A stretch of DNA of 64,000 nucleotides, from assembly GCA_028715785.1 (NCBI GenBank), contig JAQURC010000001.1:76766-140765 (forward strand), written 5' to 3'. The notes beneath the pieces were generated by a model. That model saw only the letters and a list, made by a program, of their open reading frames with translations, was not told the origin of the DNA and searched no databases. Below are positions 54,833-63,218 of the stretch, in pieces; the stretch's first letter is position 1; every line of letters begins with the position of its first letter. The stretch is from Candidatus Omnitrophota bacterium. GTDB taxonomy: Bacteria; Omnitrophota; Gorgyraeia; Gygaellales; Profunditerraquicolaceae. A program made the position numbers and the translations under genes.

Positions 54833-55114
54833 GATGAGAAAAGTCCTTGTTTTATTGTGTTTAGGATGAATCGGATGCGCTACAGCCGCAAAGGAAGCCC
54901 CGGTAGCTCCGGTATTTAGTGAAGGGGAGATAGACAAGAGCATATCCACTTTTAGCCAAACAATAAGAAACAACCTCAACTATGCGGGGGATTATTTTTA
55001 TAAGAATAACTATGGGCTATGCTGGCAGGATGTCTATAAAGCACAGTCATTAGGTTTGAACTTTAGCGCCAATTTTCTTGCATCATTGAGAAAATTTTCG
55101 GGAAGACAAGAGTA
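54833..55114 (+). pseudogene. Small putative lipoprotein interrupted by an in-frame TGA at 54866-54868 inside the signal peptide
   Basis: GGAAGG RBS; MRKVLVLLCLG-TGA-IGCATAAKEAP... continues in the same frame to TAG 55112-55114. An x-I-G-C lipobox is restored if TGA derives from TTA (Leu). Confidence 0.35.
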
Positions 55115-55152
55115 GATCCCTCCGGTGGACGTAAGCAAGCTAAAAATAAACA

Positions 55153-57819
55153 ATGAGAAATAATAATTTATATCTATTCACGGATGAGCGGGGGAGCTTT
55201 AGGTCATCCTCCGCGGATAAGATAAAAAGCCTGTATTTACCGCTTTGTAACCAAGCTTTAATGTCATCTATTTCTCCGGATTTAGGCGGAGATATAAAAA
55301 GCGGCCAGAATAGTTTTTTGCTTGAGCCGGTTTCCAGGATCGATCTTTCTCTATCCAGGGCTTCCAGGAATTTCTGGGTCTATATCAATCAAGATAAAAT
55401 CTGGTCGGCCACCGGTGTCTCTAAAAACCTAAAACAGATCCAAGAGGATAAATTTACGCTGGAAGCCGGCCAGCTTTGGCAGCGGATCAGCCGGGAAAAT
55501 AGAAATATCGGTTTAAAATCCACGATTTTGTCTTTTGTACCCACGGGCCCCGATGCGTTGGAGGTGATGCAGGTCAGCCTTACCAATATAAGCAAAAAAA
55601 AGATCAGCTTTATTCCTTGCGCGGCGATACCTTTATACTGCCGCAGCGCCGATAATTTACGGGATCACCGCCAGGTAACCGCACTGCTTACCAGAATTAA
55701 AGAAGATAAGTACGGTATTAAAGTCAAGCCGACATTGCTTTTTGATGAATCCGGCCATAAGCCGAATAATACAGTTTATTTTGCGGCTGCTTGCGATAAT
55801 AAGGGGAAACCCGCGCGGTATATGTATCCTACCCAAGAGATGTTCTGCGGAGAGTCCGGAGACCTGGAAGCCCCGGAAGCTGTTTTTAAAAACAAGCTTC
55901 CCCGAAAAATACCGATACAGGGTAAAGAGCCGATGGCGGCCATGCGTTTTGCCGAAGTCAGCCTGTTGCCCGGAGCCCGGGCAACATATGTTATTGTTAC
56001 GGGGCTAAGCCAGAAGGATTGCAACTTAAGCTCTCTAATAAGCAAATTCGGCCAAAGTAAAAAAATAGATGCGCATTTTGAACAAACTAAAAATTTTTGG
56101 CAGGAGCAGTCTAAGCTGTTGGATGTTTCCAGCGGCAATAAGCATTTTGATAATTGGCTGCGCTGGGTAAATATCCAGCCGGTTTTAAGAAAGATCTTCG
56201 GCTGTTCATTCCTGCCCGATTTTGATTATGGAAAAGGCGGCCGGGGATGGCGCGACCTCTGGCAGGATTGCCTGGGGCTTATTTTAAATAATCCGCAGCC
56301 GGTGCGGCAGCTTTTAATCGATAATTTTTGCGGGGTCAAGATCGATGGCTCTAACGCCACGATTATCGGTAAAAAACCGGGTGAATTTATCGCTGACCGT
56401 AATAATATCAGCCGGGTATGGATGGACCACGGAGTCTGGCCTTTGCTTACCCTGGATTTGTATATTCAGGAAACAGGAGACCTGGGAATTTTATTTGAAC
56501 ATGCCACTTATTTTAAGAACCATCAAATAAACCGCGCCCAAGGTATTGATTATCAATGGAACGCTTCTTACGGGAACAAGCTTAAGACAAAATCCGGGAA
56601 AATTTATCAAGGCACTATATTTGAGCATCTGTTGGTGCAAAACCTGGTGCAATTTTATAATGTTGGCGCGCATAACCATGTCCGATTAGAAGGCGCGGAT
56701 TGGAATGACGGCTTGGATATGGCCAAAGAGCATGGAGAAAGCGTGGCTTTTTCTGCGATGTACGCCCAAAATCTTTCGACTTTAGCGCAACTGGCGCTTA
56801 AATGCAATGGAAAAGGTCTGGATGCTGCCGAAGAATTAAAAATTTTACTCGCTGATTTTAATTATCAGGACATCGCCCAGAAACATAAGCTGCTGGAAAA
56901 ATATTTTTCTAAAACTAAAGAAAATATTTCCGGCAAAAAAATTCGCCTGGATGCGGCGGTATTGAGCCGTAACTTAAATAAAAAATCTCTTTGGATGAAA
57001 AAACATATTCAGGAAAGCGAGTGGCTGAAAGAAGGGTTCTTTAACGGATATTACGATAATCGCAAGAACAGGGTCGACGGCAAAAGAGGAAATCTCTTGC
57101 GGGTGAATTTGGCCTCCCAGGTGTTTCCGATTATGAGCGGTGTAGCCAGGCCCGGGCAAACAAAGAAAATTTTAGCCAATGTCTACCGGTATCTATATGA
57201 TACTTCTTTAGGCGGAATTCATCTGAACACTGATTTTAAGAAAGAGCAGCATGATTTAGGCCGGGCGTTTTCTTTTGCTTACGGAGATAAAGAAAATGGC
57301 GCGGTGTTTAGCCACATGGTAGTGATGTTTGCTTATGCTTTATATAAACAGGGTTATTCCCAAGAAGGGTGGAGGGCTTTAAGTTCGCTATATAAAATGG
57401 CCGCCAATACCGCGCGCAGCAAGATTTATCCCTGCCTGCCGGAATATTTTGACCTTACTGGTCGGGGAATGTATAGTTATCTTACCGGCTCAGCAAGTTG
57501 GTTTACGCTTACTTTGCTTACCCAGTCATTTGGGGTCAGGGGGCTTGATGGCGACCTGCTTATTGAGCCAAAGCTTTCCAGTGAACAATTCAAATCCTCT
57601 GATAAAATAAGCATCAGCCGTGTTTTTGCCGATAGAAACTTAAAAATAGTTTTCCTGAATCCCAAGCGCCTGGGGGCGGAAAAATACCGGATCAAGCGTT
57701 TCCTGCTCAACACGGAACAGCTCCCGATTGAAGAAGCTACGCGGATAGTTGTGTCCAGAGAAGTTATCGCCATCCTGCCGAAAAATAAGTTCAATATATT
57801 GGAAGTCTATTTAGGATAA
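55153..57819 (+). CDS. GH94-like glycoside phosphorylase (cellobiose/chitobiose phosphorylase superfamily)
   Basis: 888 aa; GGRGWRDLWQDCLG and EGADWNDGLDM motifs characteristic of GH94 catalytic (alpha/alpha)6 domains. Confidence 0.5.
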   Translation: MRNNNLYLFTDERGSFRSSSADKIKSLYLPLCNQALMSSISPDLGGDIKSGQNSFLLEPVSRIDLSLSRASRNFWVYINQDKIWSATGVSKNLKQIQEDKFTLEAGQLWQRISRENRNIGLKSTILSFVPTGPDALEVMQVSLTNISKKKISFIPCAAIPLYCRSADNLRDHRQVTALLTRIKEDKYGIKVKPTLLFDESGHKPNNTVYFAAACDNKGKPARYMYPTQEMFCGESGDLEAPEAVFKNKLPRKIPIQGKEPMAAMRFAEVSLLPGARATYVIVTGLSQKDCNLSSLISKFGQSKKIDAHFEQTKNFWQEQSKLLDVSSGNKHFDNWLRWVNIQPVLRKIFGCSFLPDFDYGKGGRGWRDLWQDCLGLILNNPQPVRQLLIDNFCGVKIDGSNATIIGKKPGEFIADRNNISRVWMDHGVWPLLTLDLYIQETGDLGILFEHATYFKNHQINRAQGIDYQWNASYGNKLKTKSGKIYQGTIFEHLLVQNLVQFYNVGAHNHVRLEGADWNDGLDMAKEHGESVAFSAMYAQNLSTLAQLALKCNGKGLDAAEELKILLADFNYQDIAQKHKLLEKYFSKTKENISGKKIRLDAAVLSRNLNKKSLWMKKHIQESEWLKEGFFNGYYDNRKNRVDGKRGNLLRVNLASQVFPIMSGVARPGQTKKILANVYRYLYDTSLGGIHLNTDFKKEQHDLGRAFSFAYGDKENGAVFSHMVVMFAYALYKQGYSQEGWRALSSLYKMAANTARSKIYPCLPEYFDLTGRGMYSYLTGSASWFTLTLLTQSFGVRGLDGDLLIEPKLSSEQFKSSDKISISRVFADRNLKIVFLNPKRLGAEKYRIKRFLLNTEQLPIEEATRIVVSREVIAILPKNKFNILEVYLG

Positions 57820-57823
57820 AAAT

Positions 57824-57869
57824 AAAGGGGACGGTTCTATTTTTCCTAGAACCGTCCCCTTTATTTTTT
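57824..57869. terminator. Strong bidirectional rho-independent terminator (repeat module, copy 1)
   Basis: AAAGGGGACGGTTCTA-TTTTTCC-TAGAACCGTCCCCTTT, a 16-bp perfect stem, then ATTTTTT. Confidence 0.85.
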
Positions 57870-57871
57870 GC

Positions 57872-57900
57872 TTTACAATATATGCTAATGCCGTTATAAT
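57872..57900 (+). promoter_or_regulatory. sigma70-type promoter of hisG
   Basis: TTTACA, 17 nt, TATAAT. Confidence 0.5.
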
Positions 57901-57937
57901 AAATTTTGTTGTTGTTTTAACTAAAGAGGAAAATTAG

Positions 57938-58822
57938 ATGAAAGAGAAAGTTTTAAAATTAGGGCTCCCTAAGGGCAGCCTCCAGGAATCTACTTTTAGG
58001 ATGCTCAAGAAGGCCGGATTCAACGTGAACCTTCCCAGCTCGCGTTCTTATATCCCGTCGATAGATGATGTCGAAATTCAGGCAACCTTGCTGCGGGCTC
58101 AGGAGATGTCGCGCTATGTCCAGGACGGGGCCCTTGATTGCGGGATTACCGGCAATGACTGGATTCTGGAGAATAAATCCGATGTCGTCAGGATCGCGGA
58201 CTTAACTTATTCCAAGCAGAGCTTAAATAAAGTCCGGTGGGTTTTAGCCGTGCCGCAGGATTCCGGGATAAAAAAGGTCAAAGATTTAAACGGAAAGCGG
58301 GTGGCCACCGAATTGGTCAATGTCGCCAAAGATTATTTCCGGAAAAATAAAGTTAAAGTGGAGGTGGAGTTTAGCTGGGGGGCAACGGAGGTCAAGGTTA
58401 GCGCGGGGCTGGTTGACGCCATTGTCGAACTTACCGAAACCGGCAGCTCCTTAAGAGCCAATAAATTAATCGAGATTGCCACGCTTTGCGAGTCGATCAC
58501 CCAGCTTATCGCCAATAAAAGCGCTTATCAAGATAGTTGGAAGAGGGCCAAAATGGAGCAGATCGCCCTGCTTTTAAAAGGGGCAATCGCCGCCGAGGAA
58601 AAAGTCGGCTTAAAGATGAATGTAAAAAAAGAGAATCTTAAGGCAGTTATAGCCAGGCTGCCGGCATTAAAAAAACCCACGATTTCCGGTTTAAGCGATG
58701 ACGGTTGGTTTGCCATTGAGACAATTATAGACGAGAAAGTTGTGCGGGTGCTTATTCCCGCCTTAAAAGCGGCAGGCGCTTGCGGGATTATCGAATACCC
58801 GTTGAATAAAGTTATTTATTAA
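57938..58822 (+). CDS. hisG: ATP phosphoribosyltransferase (long form with C-terminal regulatory domain)
   Basis: [13 protein letters not shown]-terminus; 294 aa. Confidence 0.85.
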   Translation: MKEKVLKLGLPKGSLQESTFRMLKKAGFNVNLPSSRSYIPSIDDVEIQATLLRAQEMSRYVQDGALDCGITGNDWILENKSDVVRIADLTYSKQSLNKVRWVLAVPQDSGIKKVKDLNGKRVATELVNVAKDYFRKNKVKVEVEFSWGATEVKVSAGLVDAIVELTETGSSLRANKLIEIATLCESITQLIANKSAYQDSWKRAKMEQIALLLKGAIAAEEKVGLKMNVKKENLKAVIARLPALKKPTISGLSDDGWFAIETIIDEKVVRVLIPALKAAGACGIIEYPLNKVIY

Positions 58823-58840
58823 TTAAGGAGAGAAATAGTT

Positions 58841-58951
58841 ATGCCTTGCGGAAAGAAAAGAAAGAGACAGAAGATTAAAACCCATAAGCGTAAGAAATTA
58901 CGCCGTCGTCTTCGTCACTTGAAGAAAAGAGCCTGGGGCGGTAAAGGTTAA
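58841..58951 (+). CDS. Ribosomal protein bS22-like (AURKAIP1/COX24 family), 36 aa
   Basis: MPCGKKRKRQKIKTHKRKKLRRRLRHLKKRAWGGKG matches the bS22 KHRKLLRRTR-type basic motif. GGAGAG RBS. Too short for the ORF track. Confidence 0.5.
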   Translation: MPCGKKRKRQKIKTHKRKKLRRRLRHLKKRAWGGKG

Positions 58952-58955
58952 ACCC

Positions 58956-59933
58956 TTGAATTCTAAATATCTTATCAGTGTAATCTGCCTTTGTCTTGCA
59001 TTGGCCCTGGCGGCTTATCCTGCAGGAGCCTCAAATACAGATAGCGATGAAGCTAGAAGTCTAAGCCACTATATCCTGGGGGTTTATTATGACGACCTGG
59101 GGGATTTAGATGAGGCGATCCAGGAATATAAAAAAGCCCTTGCAGCCAATCCAAACAGCGCTTTATTACACTTAAATCTGGCATCAGTTTTCATTAAGAA
59201 AGACCAGGCGGCCCTGGCCATTGAGCAGCTTAAAGAGTCTATCGGGCTTGCTCCCGAAGCCATTGAGCCGCATGTGATCTTGGCCCTGGTTTACGCGGCG
59301 CAAAATAAAGCGGACCTGGCCACCCAGGAATATACGTTTGCGCTTAAAAATGCCGTTCAACTTGAACCCAAGAATATTGAAATTTACAAAAGCTTGGGCG
59401 TAATCTACCTGCAGCAGAAGAAGCTCAAGGAAGCCGAAGGAATTTTTAAGTTGATCACGGGTATGGACCCGGCGGACCCGCAGGCGCATTTTTATTTAGG
59501 CAGTATTTATTTTGATTTAAAAGATAATCCTTCCGCAGAAAAAGAGCTTAACGCCGCGTTAAAATTAAAGCCGGATTATCATGAAGCCTTGAATTTCCTG
59601 GGCTATTTTTATCTGGAACAGGATAAAAATATTAATCGGGCAGGACAGCTGATCAGGAAGGCTTTGGTTTTTGAGCCGGAGAACGGCGCTTATATTGACA
59701 GCCTGGGATGGTTTTATTACAAAAAAGGCAAATTTAAAGAAGCCTTGCGCGAGTTGGAAAAAGCAGCTTCCTTGTTAAGCGACCCGACGGTATATGACCA
59801 TCTGGGAGACGCTTACCTTAAGTTAGGTAACCGGGATAACGCGAAGTTAAACTGGGAGAAATCCCTGAAATTAGATTCCACGCAGGAAAATATAAAATCA
59901 AAACTGCTTAAGCTTACCGATAATGGCAAATAA
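58956..59933 (+). CDS. TPR-repeat lipoprotein
   Basis: Signal peptide plus multiple TPR units (AxxxYxxAL... patterns). Confidence 0.65.
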   Translation: MNSKYLISVICLCLALALAAYPAGASNTDSDEARSLSHYILGVYYDDLGDLDEAIQEYKKALAANPNSALLHLNLASVFIKKDQAALAIEQLKESIGLAPEAIEPHVILALVYAAQNKADLATQEYTFALKNAVQLEPKNIEIYKSLGVIYLQQKKLKEAEGIFKLITGMDPADPQAHFYLGSIYFDLKDNPSAEKELNAALKLKPDYHEALNFLGYFYLEQDKNINRAGQLIRKALVFEPENGAYIDSLGWFYYKKGKFKEALRELEKAASLLSDPTVYDHLGDAYLKLGNRDNAKLNWEKSLKLDSTQENIKSKLLKLTDNGK

Positions 59934-60744
59934 ACAATTAACAATAGAGGAGTTAGAAGCCAAGGCCAAAGGGATTCGGCGTTTGATTATTCAAATGCTG
60001 GCCAAGTCCGGTTCAGGGCATCCCGGCGGCAGCCTCTCGGCCGCGGATTTAATCACCGCGCTGTATTTTAATGTCTTACGTTTTAATCCCCGGGACCCGC
60101 GCTGGCCGGATCGCGATCGTTTTCATATGTCTAAAGGTCACTGTTGCCCGCTTTGGTACGCGGTATTGGCCCAAACCGGTTACTTTCCGGAAGAAAAATT
60201 ATTTACTTTGCGGCAATTAGGTTCAATCCTTCAGGGGCATCCTGACCGTAAAACGCCGGGCGTTGAGTCGGCCTCCGGTTCGCTTGGCCAGGGCCTTTCG
60301 ATTGCGTTAGGGATGAGCCTGGCCGCAAGAATAGATAAAAAAGATTACCGGGTTTACGTTTTATTAGGTGATGGAGAGATCCAGGAGGGTAATATCTGGG
60401 AGGCAGCGATGGCAAGCGGGCATTTTGGCTGCAGTAATATTTGCGCTATCCTGGATGCCAACGGCTGCCAGATCGACGGAAGGTGCGAGGATATCATGGG
60501 CCTTGAGCCTTTGGCGGCTAAATGGCAGGCCTTTGGCTGGCATGTCCTGGAGATCAACGGCCATGATATGCGCCAGATTTTAGCGGCTTATGAGCAAGCC
60601 AAAACAATTAAAGATAAGCCGACAATAATTATTGCCCGCACGGTTAAAGGCAAAGGCGTATCGTTTATGGAAGGGGTAGTTGGTTTTCATGGACGGGCAC
60701 CTACCCAGGAAGAGGCCCAGAGGGCTTTAAAGGAATTGGAATAA
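59923..60744 (+). CDS. Transketolase, N-terminal (TPP-binding) subunit of a split enzyme
   Basis: GHPGGSLSAADL and GDGEIQEG TPP-binding motifs. Confidence 0.85.
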   Translation: MANKQLTIEELEAKAKGIRRLIIQMLAKSGSGHPGGSLSAADLITALYFNVLRFNPRDPRWPDRDRFHMSKGHCCPLWYAVLAQTGYFPEEKLFTLRQLGSILQGHPDRKTPGVESASGSLGQGLSIALGMSLAARIDKKDYRVYVLLGDGEIQEGNIWEAAMASGHFGCSNICAILDANGCQIDGRCEDIMGLEPLAAKWQAFGWHVLEINGHDMRQILAAYEQAKTIKDKPTIIIARTVKGKGVSFMEGVVGFHGRAPTQEEAQRALKELE

Positions 60745-61670
60745 TGGCAGAGCAACTTTTTCAGCGGGATATTTACGGCCAAACTTTAGTTAAGCTGGGT
60801 TCAGTGAATAAAGAGATTGTGGTTTTGGATGCCGATTTATCCAGCTCTACCCGCACCAATCTTTTTGCCCGGAAATTTCCGGATAGATTTTTTAATTTCG
60901 GCGTAGCCGAACAGAACATGATGGCGACCGCGGCGGGATTAGCCAGCTGCGGCAAGACGGTTTTTGTTTCCACCTTTGCCGTGTTTGCTTCCGGCCGCGC
61001 CTGGGACCAGGTAAGGCTGGCGATAAGCTATAATAATTTTGATGTCAAGATTGTCGCCACCCATGCCGGAATTACCGTCGGCCCGGATGGCGCCAGCCAC
61101 CAGGCCTTAGAGGATATCGCCTTAATGCGCGCTCTGCCGAACATGAATATTATCGTCCCCTGCGACGGGCCCCAGACGGCTGAAGCGGTGGAGGCCGCGG
61201 CAAATCATCCCGGGCCTTTTTATGTCCGTTTAGGCAGGTCCAAAGTCGCCACCATCGAGAATAAGGGTGAATTTAAATTTGGCCAAGCCCAGGTGATTTC
61301 CGAGGGTAATGATGTTGCGATTATTGCCTGCGGCATTATGGTTTCGGAGGCGTCTTTGGCAGTCAAGAATTTAGCTCAACAAGGCATAAAAGCGCGCCTG
61401 ATCAATATGCATTCGATTCGGCCCCTGGATAATGACGTTATCCTTAAAGCGGCAAAAGAAACCAAGCTGATTATTGTTTGTGAAGAGCATAATATTATTG
61501 GAAGTTTAGCTTCCAGCATAGATGAGGTAGTCGCGGAGAATTTTCCGGTGAAAGTGATCCGCGTAGGCATTCGTAATCGTTTTGGCCAATCGGGGGAACC
61601 GCAAGAACTTCTAAAAGAATATAATCTGAGCAGCGCGGATATTGAGAAAGCGGTCCTGGCTAATATATAA
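60744..61670 (+). CDS. Transketolase, C-terminal (pyrimidine-binding) subunit
   Basis: FNFGVAEQNM motif; start overlaps the upstream stop (ATGGCAG). Confidence 0.85.
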   Translation: MAEQLFQRDIYGQTLVKLGSVNKEIVVLDADLSSSTRTNLFARKFPDRFFNFGVAEQNMMATAAGLASCGKTVFVSTFAVFASGRAWDQVRLAISYNNFDVKIVATHAGITVGPDGASHQALEDIALMRALPNMNIIVPCDGPQTAEAVEAAANHPGPFYVRLGRSKVATIENKGEFKFGQAQVISEGNDVAIIACGIMVSEASLAVKNLAQQGIKARLINMHSIRPLDNDVILKAAKETKLIIVCEEHNIIGSLASSIDEVVAENFPVKVIRVGIRNRFGQSGEPQELLKEYNLSSADIEKAVLANI

Positions 61671-61674
61671 AAAC

Positions 61675-61699
61675 AAAGGGGACGGTTCTGTTTTTCCGC
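61675..61699. repeat. Second copy of the terminator module AAAGGGGACGGTTCTrTTTTTCC, with a degenerate 3' arm
   Basis: 25 nt shared with 57824-57848 (one mismatch). The downstream arm GCCGCCTAG does not complement the 5' arm. Confidence 0.6.
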
Positions 61700-61725
61700 C
61701 GCCTAGTTTTAAATGAGCACTCTTA

Positions 61726-62598
61726 TTGCCGTTGGTTATTAAATCCTTCGCTAAGTTAAATCTTTACCTGCAAATCCTGAATAAACGCAAGGATAATTTT
61801 CATAATTTAAATACTTTATTTTGCCGCATTGACTTAGCCGACACGCTGATATTAAAAAAACGTAAAGACGGTTTGGTTAAGATCAGGTGTAGGCATCCGG
61901 ATGTACCTGTTGATAAAACCAATCTCTGTTGGCGCGCCGCTGAGTTATTAAAGCGGGAGTTTAGGTTAGATTTTGGAATAGATATTGAGATTAGGAAACG
62001 AATCCCGGTTGGCGCGGGTTTAGGCGGGGGTTCTTCCAATGCCGCCGCTGTCCTCTTGGGGTTAAACCGGTACTGGAACCTGAATTTATCCAAGGCAAGG
62101 TTAGTAAAATTAGGGGCTAAAATAGGCAGTGATGTTCCGTTCTTTCTCTATGATACAAAGTTTGCTTTAGGAAGCCGGCGCGGAGATAAAATTGAACCGC
62201 TAACTTCTTTAGGTAAACTCAAGCTTTGGTTTATACTGGTTTATCCCAAAATCAAGGTTTCGACGCCCCGGATTTATCAGGAATTCGATGTTTTTTCTGG
62301 GTTGACAAGGACGCGGTGTAATGTTAAAATATTGACTTCTGAGTTACTGCAAAAAGGCAAAGCATTCAACGCCCAATGCCTGATCAACGATTTAGAAATT
62401 GTTACGACCAGTCTTTATCCTGTAGTTAACCAGGTTAAAAAAGCGCTTTCCGGCATAGGTTTAGAAAAAATAATGATGTCCGGAAGCGGGCCGGCAGTAT
62501 TTGCGCTCTGTAACGGCCGTAAACAGGCCCAGGATTTAAGCGGGGGATTGCGTAAAACGCATAAGTCCTGGCAGGTTTTTGTAAGTTCTACGGTTTAA
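61726..62598 (+). CDS. ispE: 4-diphosphocytidyl-2-C-methyl-D-erythritol kinase
   Basis: KSFAKLNLYLQIL N-terminus and a PVGAGLGGGSSNAAA GHMP kinase motif. Confidence 0.85.
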   Translation: MPLVIKSFAKLNLYLQILNKRKDNFHNLNTLFCRIDLADTLILKKRKDGLVKIRCRHPDVPVDKTNLCWRAAELLKREFRLDFGIDIEIRKRIPVGAGLGGGSSNAAAVLLGLNRYWNLNLSKARLVKLGAKIGSDVPFFLYDTKFALGSRRGDKIEPLTSLGKLKLWFILVYPKIKVSTPRIYQEFDVFSGLTRTRCNVKILTSELLQKGKAFNAQCLINDLEIVTTSLYPVVNQVKKALSGIGLEKIMMSGSGPAVFALCNGRKQAQDLSGGLRKTHKSWQVFVSSTV

Positions 62599-62616
62599 CA
62601 ATCAGGGAGGCCGGTG

Positions 62617-63021
62617 ATGGAGACGACTGAAGTCAGGGTGATATTAAAGGATTCTCCGGATAAGAAATTGAAGGCGTACGCCACGGTTACTTTTGATAAT
62701 GTTTTTGTGGTCAGGGATATTAAGGTGATTGAGGGCAGCACGGGTTTATTTATTGCCATGCCCTCCCGTAAAGTAAAGCACTCCTGTCCCAAATGCGCCT
62801 TTAAAAATGAATTGCGCAGTAAATATTGCAACCAGTGCGGAGCGCCTTTGCCGGTTGAAACTAACCTGCAGCGCGGTGAAGAGGCGTCCAGCAGCCAGGC
62901 CGAGCATAAAGATATCGCCCATCCGATAACGCAGTCGTTTCGGGAAAATTTGCAGAAAAAAGTTTTAGAGGCTTACGCGCAGGAGAAGGCCAAGGTGCAG
63001 ACCGTTTCTACCTTGGGGTAA
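62617..63021 (+). CDS. spoVG: SpoVG with a C-terminal zinc-ribbon extension
   Basis: EVRVILKDSPDKKLKAYATVTFDNVFVVRDIKVIEGSTGLFIAMPSRK SpoVG core, plus CPKC...CNQCG zinc ribbon. GGGAGG RBS before ATG 62617. Confidence 0.8.
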   Translation: METTEVRVILKDSPDKKLKAYATVTFDNVFVVRDIKVIEGSTGLFIAMPSRKVKHSCPKCAFKNELRSKYCNQCGAPLPVETNLQRGEEASSSQAEHKDIAHPITQSFRENLQKKVLEAYAQEKAKVQTVSTLG

Positions 63022-63024
63022 TTT

Positions 63025-63095
63025 TGGGACGTCGTCCAATGGTAGGACATCAGAATTTGGGTCTGACTATCATGGTTCGAATCCATGCGTCCCAG
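63025..63095 (+). tRNA. tRNA-Gln (TTG)
   Basis: U1:A72 acceptor TGGGACG/CGTCCCA, D-stem GTCC/GGAC, anticodon loop ATTTGGG, T-arm CATGG-TTCGAAT-CCATG, discriminator G. Confidence 0.75.
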
Positions 63096-63218
63096 TGATC
63101 AATATTATGGGGGACGTCCTCCGTGGGGACACCCCTTACAGGAAAAGATTTAATTTAGTTAGTAATATAATGGTTACGGTGTGATAGGGTGTCCCCTTTT
63201 GGGACGTCCCCCTTGAAT

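Noticed and set aside
54686-54979. Minus-strand 97-aa ORF across the PilZ 3' end and the TGA-interrupted lipoprotein region
   Set aside because: Antisense to better-supported features, with no RBS.
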